Below, one piece after another: positions 1-13,693 of a stretch of 64,000 nucleotides of DNA. Within the stretch, counting starts at the first letter, position 1, and every line of letters starts with the position of its first letter. The position numbers were made by a program, and so were the translations under genes. Origin of the DNA: Raja brachyura (Eukaryota); the NCBI GenBank assembly GCA_963514005.1, contig OY740814.1, positions 13,516,001 through 13,580,000 on the forward strand, given 5' to 3'. The notes beneath the pieces were generated by a model. That model saw only the letters and a list, made by a program, of their open reading frames with translations, had not been told where the DNA came from and did not search any database.

Positions 1-339
1 CTCCCCCTCTCCCGCCCCCGCCAGCAAGGGAACGACCCGCCCACCTGCATCTGAACTGGCAACGGGGGCTGCGTTAACCCTTCATCCACCAACGTCTCCC
101 CACTAGGCAACTGACCAGTTTACCAACCGGTCATTAATTAATCTCCTTCACAGATGGTCTTGCTATTGTTTCTAGAGGTCTTGGTTCTTGGTCCTCCAAC
201 ATATTCCAAATTGGAATTTAAACTGGAGGTCGGGCTGTGTTTGAATTGAGTCCTGTCGGTACAGTTCAGATGAGCCCGGGCATGCATCAGGGAACCACTT
301 CCTCCCATTGCCTCCAGATTTAAAAATATTCCACCCAAT

Positions 340-640
340 CTGGTTCTGTTTAACTCATTGTGTCCAGAGACTAAGGGATTAGAGTCATAATAGGAGATGA
401 GGAGGAAATTCTTTAGTCAGGGGGTGGTGAATCTTTGGAATGTATTACCACAGCCGGCTGTGGAGGCCGTTAATGGATATTTTTAAGACGGAGATGGACA
501 GATTATTGATGAGTAGGGTGTTGGGTTTATGGGGAAAAAGGCAGGAGAAGGGGGTTGACAGGGAATTATAGATCAGTCAGGATTGAATGGTGTAGATGTG
601 AATGGCCTAACTGTGCTCCTAGAACTTAAGAACTTATCCA
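340..640 (+). mobile_element. Degenerate CR1 LINE 3' fragment
   Basis: gagatgaggaggaaattctttagtcagggggtggtgaatctttggaat matches the CR1 ORF2 C-terminal FF.QRVV.LWN motif. Confidence 0.7.
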
Positions 641-669
641 TATACCATGTATATCCATATATCCATATA

Positions 670-926
670 CCATGAACATTGACACTCCAATTTCAGGTAA
701 TCCTTGCTTTCTCCATCCTTCCCCTCCCCTTCCCAGCTCTCCCACAGCCTGTCTCTGCTTCTTCCTTTCTTTTTCCCGCCCCCACTCCCCCATCAGTCTA
801 GAGAAGGGTCACAACCCGAAACGTTGCCTTTTCCTTCGCTCCATAGAAGCTGCCTCACCTGTGGAGTTTCTCCAGCATTTTGTCTACCTTCGACTTTTCC
901 AGAATCTGTAGTTCTTTCTTAAACAT
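670..926 (+). mobile_element. Penelope-like element 3' end / terminal repeat
   Basis: Decayed MNID.SNF ORF end, pyrimidine tract, then gaagggtcacaacccgaaacgttg repeat core. Confidence 0.65.
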
Positions 927-2389
927 ATACCTGCCCCAATGTCTTTTAAATGTTGTTTTTGCACCTGCCTCAACTATTTGCTCTGGCACCTCCTTCCATA
1001 TACCCACAACCTGGATTGCAAACACTCAACTTCCCTCTCACAGTCCCACTGGCAGTCCCCCAATCTCTGGTTTCTCTCTGAAGGTAGACAAGTTGCCATT
1101 GTTGCTGTGCCTTCAGCTGCCAAGGCTGAGCTCGGAGCCTCTCTCACTTTAGGAAGATCTTTAAAACCAGCCTATTTGCCCAGAGTTGCTGTGACTTGGT
1201 GTCAGGTGAATCATGTCAGTAGGACACCATCTGTCCCTTAATGATCCCCGTGTGGTGTAAAGAAGAATGTCTGCACCTTTGGGGCTGACACATCTCCTGC
1301 CATGTTGTCAGTAAGCTTGAACATTCTTGGATTATAACACCTCTATTTGCTTCCAAGAAAATCATTGCCTTGTTACCGGGTCAGCTAGTTCTTGTGTTAA
1401 TGGAGGCAACTGACTTGGAGGAATGTTAGATTTTGAGCTGCCTCCTGGCACCAGGTCAGAGCTACTGCCTCCTGTCAGGCTTTTGATCACAGCTCAATGT
1501 CCCAGAGCAGTTCAGTAGAGAGTCAATGTTATTTATAGAGAACATGCCATCGGCTGCTGCTTTGTGTGCGATGGTGATGCAGCTGTAAGCTGGAGGACTG
1601 TTGGCGGGCAGTCACGGGCAGGCTCCTCCCTTCTCCCTCCCCTCCCTCCCTACCTACCTCCCAATCTGTTCCTTCTCTGACCTTGAAATTCCAAAACTGT
1701 TTGAACTTGGCAGCCTCACACCCAGGGAGGCTGTCTGTGCTATGTTCTGTGTGCCATCCACAAATTAGGTTCCTGTAGCAACCAGTATTGTCGTTCTAGC
1801 CTCACTGTGGGAAGGGGTGAATCTGATCTGGATGGATGCAGCTGGTGATTTCTGATGGATTAGCTGGGCAGTGGTGAGCAGACTCTGCCACGGACAATTG
1901 CCAGCTCCCTGTACACTGGCTTGGGGGGGATGGCATGAATGCTGGTCTGTTGTCAATGTAGACCACGAGGTCCAGAGTGGATCATCTTTATCACAGAGCC
2001 TTGGTGTACCTGGGTCCAGCCATCTCACTCAAGTTTCCGGCATCTGTTCTGCTGTCATTCTCTTGCACCCAAAGTGGTCCCAGATATGAAATGCCAAGAT
2101 AATTGATTTTGGGGATTTTCTGTAGCGCTGTCACCTGGAGCAGATGACCCAGTGCATCGTACAATTCCTGTCTTCATCCTTGGATACTGAAAGCAGCAGT
2201 GCGCTTACTGCAGGCTCAGTATGTCAGAGGAATTGGAGCAATGGATCAGCCCAGCATGACAACACTTACTTATCATTGGCTCTGCAAGCTGTTTAATGCC
2301 ACAGCCAGTCATTAGTGGGTTCCTGCTGGGCAGTATGTGGCGCTGATGGATTCTGTAGTTCAGGCCTGCCCTGGCGATTTAATCTGAAC

Positions 2390-2528
2390 GTCGACAAAAG
2401 TGCTGGAGAAACTCAGCGGGTGCGGCAGCATCTATGGAGCTGCATAGAAGGAGCTGCCGCACCCGCTGAGTTTCTTCAACACTTCTGTCTACCTTCGATT
2501 TTCCAGCATCTGCAGTTCCTTCGTAAAC
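2390..2528. mobile_element. Palindromic Penelope-derived insertion with 13-bp TSD
   Basis: TSD atttaatctgaac at 2377-2389 and 2529-2541; inverted arms. Confidence 0.7.
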
Positions 2529-2909
2529 ATTTAATCTGAACACCAGGTTTAACAAACAATCCATACTCTCTCTTTCCCAACACGTTTGATTGGAAATAGC
2601 AAAAACAAAACTAAAAGCATTGACCTTTTCTGAAGGTCTAGTGTTTGGTATGCGAACCTCTGACTAACTATTCTGCTCTCACCTGCACAGTTGGAGAGAG
2701 AGGATAGCAGAAATGAGGCCAAAAAGCCAATGGCAGATCACTTCTTAAAGCCCCCCCTTGGTGCTGTTTCGGTCATCACCTGTGGGCAGTCATTGCCTAA
2801 CATCTCCTACCACGCCTTATGTCTACAGTTCAGCAAAGTATGAAATGGTCCAGCTGATCTCCCACGGTTCAGGTGGACTGTTTACTGGCTGAATCCCTGC
2901 TTAAACAGT

Positions 2910-4117
2910 TCCAATACCACTAGGAATGGAAATTTGAACTGGGATTTCCAATGAGATGAACAAACCCCGCATTTAAATGTTGAGACCATTTAACAGACAA
3001 ACAAGGCAAGTCCCTGCAACCTTCTGCTGAGAGTTTGGAACAGATCTCACACCCAGTGTCCAGTCAGCCTTGATCAAAAACAAAGCTAAAAACGTTGAGG
3101 TTTTTTCGTGGATTTAGTGTTTTTGTGTTGATTGCTGTGTAATGTACGTCACCAGCTCAACTGAATGGTTTACACAAGGTTAATAAGTCTTTTGTACACA
3201 TATCCCCGGTATGTTAGTCACAAGGTGTTTGGAGAATGTCGTTCATGATACAGCCATTGAGCTGTGGAGCCCGGTGAATGTCGAGGGGTAGAATGAGGAG
3301 GATTTGAAGGGAAGATAGAGGTTGTGGGAAACGGAGGGAGGTGTCAAAACATCGAAGGAAGAGTCATATTCTTACCCTCAAAGTTCCTCTGAGGTATTGA
3401 ACTTGATTCACTGCTGGACAATATTGGGAACTAATATCATGGCATTCAAGCTGTCAGCAACCTTGTCATTCCATGACTTTGGGCTGACCTGCTTTTACAG
3501 AGGGTGTGTGGCAATTAATACACCACATTTCTCTGCATCTCTCTGTTTGCAGTATCCCCGTACAGAGACGTACCTCCTCTTCAATAGATGCTGCTTGCTC
3601 TCGATTGTCAGAGCCTCCCTTGTGCCCTTTCCCAATTACATGACGCTTGACAGCAGCACCAGGTCTGAGGTGATTACAGCCCAGACTCTGTCTGACACCG
3701 CTCCAGAATCTGTGCATCTCCAGCAATGGGGTCAGAGTCGTACAACACAGAACCCCTTCAGCCTGCCAAGGTCATGCTGTTCTTTTTGGGCATCTCCATT
3801 CATCCAATGTGTTGGCATTAGGTGCATACCTTGATCCACAGCAGTGATTCTGGTAAGATGCCATTCAGTTGAGCTGGTGACGTACTTTAGACAGCAATCA
3901 ACACAAAAACACTAAATCTACGAAAAAAGCTCAACGTTTTTAGTTTTGTTTTTGATCAAGGCTGACTGGACACTGGGTGTGAGATCTGTTCCAAACTCTC
4001 AGCAGAAGGTTGCAGGGACTTGCCTTGTTTGTCTGTTAAATGATCTCAGTATCTAAATGCGGGGTTTGTTCATCTCATTGGAAATCCCAGTTCAAAGCCG
4101 TTCCTAGTGGTATTGGA
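2910..4117. repeat. Long inverted repeat, arms 2910-3168 and 3861-4117
   Basis: Arms are reverse complements with few mismatches; about 690-nt spacer. Confidence 0.9.
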
Positions 4118-5390
4118 CCTAATTCTAGAATTAGACCTACTGAAGATAAATTACCACCTATATATTTCCAAATAGGGATGATGAATAACTTGGAAGGTAG
4201 CTACAGGGAATGATTGTCCTAGTACCAAATGCCCTTGTCTTTGGTGGCTGAGCTTATAGGTTTGAGATGTGGAGTCAGAGGCACCTGAACAAGGAACTGC
4301 AGAGCATTTTGTAGACAGATGACAACCATGGTGCGTTGGCGAAGAAGAGAATGAATCTTTAGAGTCATTGTGGTTTGTTCTGCTTGTTGTTGAGCTTTGA
4401 GAATTTTGGGGTAGATTCCATCCTGGACTCCATCCTCCATAACTGGAGGGTATTCCACCACACTTCTGCTCCTCCCTCACTCCCTGACATCTTCTGTCCC
4501 AACTGGCAGAGTGGGCAAGCTCCAAGTCCCAGTAACCTTCCCTCCCTCCGGTGTCCCTGCATCAATAATTCACAGCACAGCTCGCAGGGTGATCTGATCC
4601 CATCTCTGAATTATTCACTTGGTTGCTCTGCTTGGTGAGGAGGGGGGGGGGGGGGGGGGGGTGGCATCCATTTACATCCTTTGCTCTGGCTTCTGCCTTC
4701 TGTCTTTTCATCTCTAAACTTTGCCCACCCAACAACCAACAAAACCCCTCTCAACTGTATCCTCCTATCACTTGCCAGGCGTTGAAAGAAGCCTGCCCCC
4801 ATTTCCTTTACATTCCGTGAGCACCTGTGTAAGTCAGATTTTACACAAGTCGGAATCAACATCCCTATCTCCTGCCCGAGTCTGAAGAAGGGCCTCGACC
4901 CAAAACACCACCTGTCCATCTTCTCCAGTGATGCCTGCTGAGCTACTCCAGCACTTTGTGTCCATCACTGGGAGTATTAACTGTCTCAACTGCATCCAGG
5001 GACACTTTCTGCAGCACAAGGCCTTCTGGGTAAGCACTGCCGCCATTGCTGGCTTGTTTCCAATATAAACTTGAGTGATCATAGCGTTGTGGGAATTACA
5101 AACTGCCTTGATTGCACTGAATACAGAACTTTTAACGTAAGTGCGTAGTTTACGTTCTAGACAATGGAGGACTCGGTGTGTGGGGACCGCCGTGGGGAGC
5201 GGGGTGAACAAAGGGTGTCATTTGTAACTTTGTAAGCGACCTTTATGGGTGACTATTTGCACACCTTGGTCATGCAAGCAAAGAATTAAATTCAATGTAA
5301 GTTGCCTATTGCACAAGTTTGATAGTGTCTGTATTTGCATCGCATCTGTTGTCGACTCAGTGGTGACCTCCTTCTCCCACTTCATTCCAG

Positions 5391-5547
5391 CGAGCAGCCG
5401 ATCTTCACCAGCAAAGCTCATGTCTTCCAGATCGACCCCACCACCAAGAGGAACTGGCTGCCCTCCGGCAAATACCCGCTCACCATCTCATACTTCTACG
5501 ATGGATCGAGGAATAGTTATCGCATCATCAGCGTGGATGGAGCCAAG
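5391..5547 (+). CDS. HOMER2: HOMER2-like exon 2 (EVH1 N-half, [16 protein letters not shown]...SVDGAK)
   Basis: ttccag acceptor, gtcagg donor, 157 nt. Confidence 0.93.
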
Positions 5548-7014
5548 GTCAGGGGCAACAAGGGGCCATGGGTTGGCGGCACGGCAGGTGGCTGGACTGG
5601 GAAAAGGGTGGGAGAATGTGGAGAGATGGTGAATGGGGGCGAGGGTGGGAGAATCAGCAGGGCTGAGGTGCACAAACTGAGAGATGCTTTCACCTGCAGT
5701 TGATGTCTGAGTGGACAGGTTGGTAACAGCTGGAGGAAAGTGGCAGAGGTTGGGGTGGGTGGTTGCTGCGCTGGGGGCAGGCCCAATAGAAGTGGGGCCT
5801 GCAAGGGGGAGAAGGATTGGACCAGAGGGTAAAGGGAAAGACAGAGGAACAACAGGGGTCAAGGGACCTTGGGAGTGAGGTTAAGGGGCCATGGAGGGGT
5901 GGGACAAGGTGGGTAAAGTCCAGAGTGAGGGTGAGTGATCTGGAAGGATAATGAGAGTGGCCTTGGAGGTTGAGACAGAGGGTGGGTAATAGGCCGGGTC
6001 CAGGGCAGATGGGGAGGCTCCGTAGGATAAAAGAGGCCTGAGTTGTGGCATTGGAAGTAACAGCGGAGGTAGGATGACGGTGAGGCTGAGGACAGTGTTG
6101 AAGGAACCCGGGAGAGGCTTTTACCTTGAATGCAATTGAACTGGGACTGGATGGCTAGGAATAAGGTATCTTTTGCAGTGTTGCCATGGTTACATCATTT
6201 TGCATGCTGATATCTCTGAGCTAAAACAGGCTCTGAAGTGTGTGTGATTTTTGTGGGGGTGTCACAGACCATGGATATAATCTCAGAACAAACGTTTCAC
6301 ACCAAGCCTCTACTGCTTCTTGACTGCATTCCCTTTACTATAGGGCGGTTAGATTGTGAAAGTGGGCCTTTCAGCCCATCAAATCAATACCAGCCAGATC
6401 TTTTTCCACACCCCTGCAAATCCTCTCCTTCTTAAGATTAATTAGCTCCTTCTGGAACACCATATTTGGATCTACCTCTCTCGGGCAGATTCCAGTCTCC
6501 AACAAGTCAAGTTTATCTTATATGCAAAAATACAGTGAGGTTCAGGTAAATGAAAAGCGAGCTTGCAGCAGCATTACTGGCATATAGACTCGGACCACAC
6601 ACTAAACATAAATTAAATATCATTTACACAAGTTTTGCAAGACATTTCTGTAATAAACTCTTTTCAACCAATGTCTTGTTTTTTGCTTTTTTTTTTCAAA
6701 CTCTGTGGTTGTGCAAGATATTGTCCATAGTGTTCTGTTGCTGAGATAGGATTAGTGTTGTGCAAGTCAGTCCAAACAGAATGGTAGTAGGGAAGTAGCT
6801 GTTCCTGAATCTGGTGATGTGGAACTTTAGGCAACTTGCAGTGGCGTTGGTTTATTATTGCCATGTGTATTGAGATACAGTGGAATAACTTAGTTTTGCA
6901 TGCGATCTTGGCATATCATGCCATGCATGAGCACAAGTGGTAGAGCAGAAGTGAAAATAAATAAGAGTATAAAATATAAGGGGAGAGATTAGCCCAGTTG
7001 GTAGATCTGTTGGG

Positions 7015-9060
7015 AGTCATAGAGTGATACAGTGTGGAAACAGGCCCTTTAGCCCAACTTGCCCATACTGGCCAACATGTCCCAGCCACACTAGTTCCAC
7101 TGCCTGTGTTTGGTCCATATCCCCCCAAGCATGTCCTACCCATGTACCTTGTCAAACTGTTTCTTAAATGTTGGGATACTTCTAGCCTCAACTATCTCCG
7201 CTGGCAGCTTGTTCCATACACCCACCATTCTTTGTGTGAAACAGTTACCCCTCAGTTTCCTATATAATCCTTTTCCCTTAGCCTTAAACCTATGTCCTCT
7301 GGTCCTCCATTCACCTACTCTGGGCAAGAAACTCTGTATATCTGCATGAATTATTCCTCTCATGATTTTTTACACCTCTATAAGATCTTCATCCTCCTGC
7401 GCTCCAAGGAATAGAAATCAGGCTACTCGACCTCTCCCCATAGCTCAGTAGAGAGAATGATGGAGTGGTGAGCGGTCTTTGCTAATGTTATATGAGGCCA
7501 CATGAACTATACTATCCAAGTCATTAACATAGGACAGGGACAGTGGACAACACCAATCCCCGGGGCATACTGGTGGCCACAAGCCTCCGATCCGAAAAAC
7601 AATCCGCCACTACCATCTTCTGGCTCTTTCCAAAAAGGCAATGTTGTATTTAATTGGCTAGCTCACCCTGGATCCCATGTGATCTAACCTTTTAGACCAG
7701 CCTACCATGTGAGATCCTGTCAAAATGCTTGCTGTGGTTGCACTGCCCTCATCATGGAGTCATACAACACAAGCTAGTCCCATTTGGCCCACATCTCTCC
7801 AAATCTTTCCTATCTATGTACCTTCCAAATGTCTTTTAAATGTCGTGATTGTACCAGCCTCAACTCTCTCCTCTGACAGCTCATCCCATACACCCACCAC
7901 CCGCTGTCTGAATTGGAACAGGATCAATTATTTTGGTCACTGTTTAAAAATATAACCAAAGTCATGAGGTTTCTTACACAGAACACAAATGCCCTTAATC
8001 AGTCCTTGTTGTTCCAAACGCATAAAGATCCTGTCTCTCAGATTCCCCTCCAGTAACTTGCCCACCATGGAAGTAAGGCTCACCAGTCTGTAGCTCCCAG
8101 ACATTTCCTTGCAGCCCTTCTTAAATAAAGGGGCACTATTAGCCAATTTCCAGTCTTACAGGACTTCTTGTGGTTAAAGAAATATAAATATCTCTGCTAA
8201 GCCCCGACCTTCCCACAATGTTCCAGGTTGGTGCCCCAGGGATTCATCCACAATTATGTGCTTTAAGACTGCTAGCACCACCTTTTTTAATGTGGACAAT
8301 CACAATACACCTCCCTGAATTCCCTTCCTTCCACGACCTTCACAGCAGTAAATACTGATATCCATTTAAAACCTTGCCCATTTCCAGTGGCTCCAGAAAG
8401 ATGAGGGGAGAAAGATTTGAAAGAAAACCGAGGGGTCATTTCTTCACACAGATGATGGGTTGCATGTGGAATGAGCTGCCAGAACCTGTAGAGACAGGTA
8501 TGTTGTCGACATTTAAAAGACATTCAGATAGGTGCATGTCTGTATGACTCGCCGGCGAGGATGTATACTATGCACATATTTGTCCCCCATGCATTTTGCT
8601 TTTAATGTATTAAATTTTTTTGGGCCACTCCTCTGCCTTATCTGACAAATATGTACCCTCTTTGCTCACCTAATTTCACTCTTAAGCATATTCGTACATT
8701 CCCTATACTCAAGGGATTTGCATGATCACAGTTGCCCATATCTAGCAATGCACCTTTTTCCTCATTAGAGCTTCAATGTCTCTCATTAACCAAGGTTCTC
8801 AAATCCAGCCACTCTGACACTTGCATGCTGGCCCTCTTCCAGACTTGTTATAACCTTCTAATGACCTCCCAAAAAAAAACTTTATTCCAATCAAATGCCA
8901 TCAAAATTAGCTTCTCAAAAAATGTGTCAGATTGATGTGATGTGATTTTCCCCATCACAAAGCCATGCTGACTATCCCTAATCAGTCCCTGTCTTTCCAA
9001 ATGTATGTCAATCCTGTCAGTTAGAATTTTCTCCAATAATTTCACCACTAGCCTGTAGTG
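7015..9060 (-). mobile_element. Cluster of degenerate CR1 LINE fragments
   Basis: ORF remnants RTRGHRFK..FTQRMVGVWNKLP, PLFKKG..YRLVSLTSMVGKLLE, LIRDSQHGF. Confidence 0.8.
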
Positions 9061-11071
9061 ATCCAGCCCGCTGCCTTTAAATAAAGAAAATACTATCCTA
9101 GACTGGGTATAGATGGGATTTACTCATCTTGTCCTGTGGCCCATTAAGGAAGAATGACCATAATATGGCAGACTGGAAAGTGTAGAAGTTCAATCCAAAT
9201 CTAGGATCCTAAATATAAACAGACGGAAGTGGAGATGAATGAACTGGCTGTGATGGGGGTTGAGAAGTTCCTTAGAATGTAATGACAGTGGAAGAGCAAT
9301 AATTAATGTTTAAGGAATCAATGCAGGAACTGAAACAGTCATACATTCCTGACTGGTATTGAAAATATTTTTAAATAACAACCATGCTGAACAAAAGTAG
9401 TTAATGATAGTGTGTAAGGAGGAACTGCAGATGCTGGCTTAGTGTTGGATCTAATGAGGAGTGAGACAAGATTGCCGAACAAAGGAGAAAGTGAGCCTCG
9501 GCTGCAGTTAGATTTCAGCAAAGAAGGACGGAGAAATTGTTCCATAAAATAAAAATAGTGTACAAGAGTAGCAGGGAACATAAAAGTGGATGTATACGGT
9601 TTGAAAAAAATGAAGAACTCTTATTTGGAATAGGGGAGTGACAGAGCAATTAAACATATACAATAGTTCTAGCGCCATGGAAAAGGAAGTAACCAACCTT
9701 CCGGAGATGTTATTGAATAAGAATTTAATCAAGGTGATGAAATGGAGGAAATTGTATTACTAAGTGAATGAGTCTGAAAGCTGATAAACCCCCAGACCCT
9801 GATGATCTGCATCCCAGAAAACAGAAGGAGGCAGGGTGGAGGTGTGGGTGCAGAATTCTATAGATTCTGGAACAGTCCCCACTGTTTGATTATTGGCAAA
9901 TGTAATGGACCAATGTGGGAGGAAACCCCCGTAGACACAGGGAAACTATACATAGACAGCACCAAAGGTCAGAAATGAACTCGGCTCCTGCATTATGAGA
10001 GAGCGGCACTACTTGTTACCTGCTGCAGCTGTTGTAAGGGAAGGAAAACTGAAACTTGGTGTACAATGTAAGTGGTGTTAGATTGGGCAGCGTAGATGGA
10101 CAGACAGTCGGCTGACCTTGTTTACCAGACTCTAACGTAGGTATAGTAAGTAGTTAAAAAGGGAACAGATATGTCGGCCTTCACTGCAAGGTGACTTGAG
10201 TCCAGGAGCAAGGACATCTCACAAGTCAGTCAGTCAAACAAACTTTATTGTCATTTTGAAATACATCGATATATGCAGTTCCAAATGAAATTCCGTTGCA
10301 TTTGGCTCCCTGTGCAACACGATAATTAACAGAAGGATAAACATGGATAAAATGGATAAAAGGATAAATAGACAATGGTGGCAGCCCATTACATGGCATT
10401 CAGGAGTCTGATGGCTTGTGGGAAGAAGCTTGTTGCAGAACCTTGATGTTCTGCTCCTTATGCTACAATATCTTTTGCCCGAGGGCAGCAGAGTGAACAG
10501 ACCGTGATGGAGATCTCACCAAGACTCTGTACAATTGTATCTCTGGTATTGTACGCAGCTTTGGTTGGCTGAGACAGGAAATACCTGCCACAGAGAGATT
10601 GCCCAGAAGATTCTGACTCCTGGGATGGCAGCACTGTAGCTCTGAGCAGACTAGAACTGATTGGGGTTGTATTCACTGGAGTTAAGAATGAAGGGGAATC
10701 TGATTGAAAATTATAAAATCCATTAAAAACATTTTTAAAGATATTTTGACAGGTACATGGATAGAAATGGTTTAGAGGGATATAGTCCAAACGCGGCAGG
10801 TGGGACCAGCATAGATGGGGCATTTTGGTCAGCATGGGCAAGTTGTATTGAAGAGGTTTATTCCGTGCCGTATAACTCTATTCTGTGTGGCCATGACAGA
10901 GAGGGAGGGGGAGAGAAGATGGTCCCCCTGGTTGGGTGTCTAGAACAAGGGGTGTGTGGCGGGTTATGGGCCTGTGGGTGGATGGGGCATGAGATGAGGT
11001 GTGGAGACTGGGGGACTGGCGTTGTGAGAAGGATAAGCTATTGAATAAGAGCCGAGTGCGTGTTCCCGCAG

Positions 11072-11203
11072 GTGGTCGTGAACAGCACCGTCACCCCCAA
11101 CATGACCTTCAGCAAAACCTCACAGAAGTTCGGCCAGTGGGCAGATAGCAGAGCGAACACCGTCTTCGGTCTGGGCTTCCCCTCAGAGCAGCAACTGAGC
11201 AAG
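11072..11203 (+). CDS. HOMER2: HOMER2-like exon 3 ([44 protein letters not shown])
   Basis: cgcag/gtgggc boundaries, 132 nt, EVH1 core. Confidence 0.95.
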
Positions 11204-11381
11204 GTGGGCCCGGGGGAGGAGGGGTGCATGGGGGTGGGGGGAGAAGGATTATGAGTGGAGGGGAGGGTGGTGGAGGGAGGGAGGGAATCACAGAAGGTCG
11301 GTGCAATGGGCCTCTGATCCTTCAACTAACCTCGTGCTGGGTGTGGTGTCGCATCCCCCCTCCCCCTTCCCTGTGTTGCAG

Positions 11382-11474
11382 TTCGCCGAGAAGTTTGAGG
11401 AGGTGAAGGAGGCGGCGAGGTTGGCGAGGGACCGCTCACAGGAGGCGGCAGAGAGCTGCAGCACCCACTCCCAG
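11382..11474 (+). CDS. HOMER2: HOMER2-like exon 4 (FAEKFEEVKEAARLARDRSQE...HSQ)
   Basis: ttgcag/gtgcct boundaries, 93 nt. Confidence 0.92.
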
Positions 11475-11918
11475 GTGCCTGACAGAGCTGGGGGTGGGGG
11501 GGGGGGGGGGGGGGGAATGCGGGGCAGGTCGGGTCATGGGCCGAGGAGGGACGGCAATGAGCTCAGCAGCTCCGTGGGCCGGCATTTCTAGTTAAACCTC
11601 TGCCCTCGCTGGACAATCATCTGTTAACCTGTCGACCCGTGACTTTATCACTAGGTCCCGTCCCTCCACGAGCCGTCACTCTCTCTCTTGCTGCATCCAC
11701 CACCCAACCACTCCACACTGCCCTCTCTCCGTTTTGAATGATGGGCTCCAGTAGCCTCAGCGAGGAACTGGGTGTCTAGGATGCGCCGTGCATTACAGTC
11801 CCACCCATTCTGCAGCTTCACGGGCACATTAACACAACAACACAAGGTAACAAGACCATAAGACTGAAGGTTATGTTCCTGAGTTGTGGTTTCACCGGTT
11901 GTACACTGTTTATTTCAG

Positions 11919-12040
11919 GAGTCCAGTCATGAGGCCCCAACCTCACCACAAGCATCGAGTGTGAATGGAACCAACGATGAGAAAGGCGATAGCCCGTCTC
12001 CCATTGAATCCCTCCTGAGGAGTAACAACCACCGGATCAA
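11919..12040 (+). CDS. HOMER2: HOMER2-like exon 5 (ESSHEAPTSPQASSVNGTNDEK...RSNNHRI)
   Basis: tttcag/gtgagt boundaries, 122 nt; QASSVNGT.DEK motif as in HOMER2; not in the ORF track. Confidence 0.88.
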
Positions 12041-12299
12041 GTGAGTCTGCAGAGAGAGGGGGTGGGGGGGGGGGGGGGGGGCAGTGTAGAGGAGGGACAT
12101 CACTGTCCACCAGCCCCCATCTGGGACTGATGTTTGGCCTCACAACCACCTGCGTGACTTTGAGCCTCTACTCAAACTGAGCACCCTAGCAATTGCCAAC
12201 CACCCCGTCATTGTGGGCAGACGTCAGTGAGTGGATCGGGTTCGCAATCTGGAACCACACGATGGACATTAACTGTCACCACTATTGGGGTGGGGGGCA

Positions 12300-13200
12300 T
12301 AGCGTTGTACAGCACAGAAACGGGCCTGTCGGCACAACTCATTCATCCTGACCAGGGTTACCCATCTAAGTTTGTCCTGTTTGTCAGAGTTTGGCCCACA
12401 CCCCTCTCGACCATTTCCATCTACATATATACCTGTCAAAATATCTTGTAAATTTTTGTTATTCTACCTGCCCCAACTACCTCCTCTGGCAGCTTATTCC
12501 AAATAAACATCACCGTATGTGTGGAAAAAGTTGCCCCTCAAGTTCATATTAAATCATTCCCCTCTCATCATAAAACAAGGCCCTCCGGTACTTGATTCCC
12601 ATACTCTGTGGGGAAAAAAGACTGCATTCACCCTATCTATTCCCCTCAATTTTACACACCTTCAATAAGTTCATCCCTCCCTCTCCTGTGCTCTAAGGAA
12701 TACATTTCTAGCCTGCCCTACCATTTCCCATAGCTCATACCTCTAATCCCGGCTATATTCTGTAAATCTTCATGTACATTGCGTTTGGCATCTTTCCCAT
12801 AGTAGGCTGACCAAAACTTAAAACATGTATCTTTTGCCCTCTTTTGTCCCACTGATTTCCTTCTTAACTATATGCTTCTCGATACTTCTCCAGGGATACA
12901 CTTAATCCCCCATGTGTATATCTAACCTTTGCCTCCCATTTCTTGATTAGTGCCTCAATTTCTCTCATCATCCTGGGCTCCTTACAATTACCTGCCCTGC
13001 CTTTCACTGTATCCGGAACATGCATACCCTGGACTCTGGCTATTATATTTTTAAAAGCACCCTACCTTCTGGACATTCTTTTGCCAGCAAACAATCAATC
13101 AACTTGTGTGCGTTCCTGTCTGATACCATCAACGTTGGCCTTGGCCTAAATTAGAACTTTTCCATTACTATTTTAAAATAAATTGAACTGTGCTCTGGCA
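12300..13200 (-). mobile_element. Degenerate CR1 LINE fragments
   Basis: CR1 3'-end sequence (cggcacaactcattcatcctgacc...) and ORF2 remnants. Confidence 0.6.
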
Positions 13201-13492
13201 CTGACAGTTCAGTCACCTGCCCTGCCTTATTTCGTAAGAACACGTCGTGATGGTGAGGGGGGTGGCTGGAGAAGTGGTGGGGGTGAGATGGGATGGGGCT
13301 GATGAAGGGAGGATGGTTAGTTTGGGACGTGAGCAGTGGGGGAATGATTTTGTGACATTTGGGGGAAGGGGTGAGGTTGGTGGAATTGGGAGAGTGGAAG
13401 GAGGTGAGGTCAAGAGGGAGGAAGTGGGGAGGATAGGTGAGGTCACACAGGGTGGGACGTGGGGTACTAGCGGGACCGGGGTCCGTACGCAT

Positions 13493-13625
13493 AGGGCCTG
13501 TCCCACTTGCGTGTCCTTGGCACGCAAATTACGCGACCTCGTCGTCGCGTTGAGGCGCACGGGCATCGTATGGCCGCACGAGGCCGGTCCCACTGAGAAG
13601 CGCGGAGGGGTATGTAGTTGTGCGA
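13493..13625. mobile_element. Truncated GC-rich PIF/Harbinger-like MITE end
   Basis: Begins agggcctgtcccactt with internal CG-rich hairpins; no matching right TIR seen. Confidence 0.4.
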
Positions 13626-13693
13626 TGGTGAGAAGGGTCGACGTGCGGAGGGGAGGGGTCGCAGAAACCCTGATGGTCTCCCCTCACCCCCAG

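Noticed and set aside
3322-3834. 170-aa ORF inside the inverted-repeat spacer as a possible transposase
   Set aside because: Non-ATG start and no recognisable transposase or other motif.
1-5390. HOMER exon 1 (ATG GG|gt)
   Set aside because: No convincing candidate with promoter context; the GC-rich first 130 nt suggest it lies just upstream of the window.
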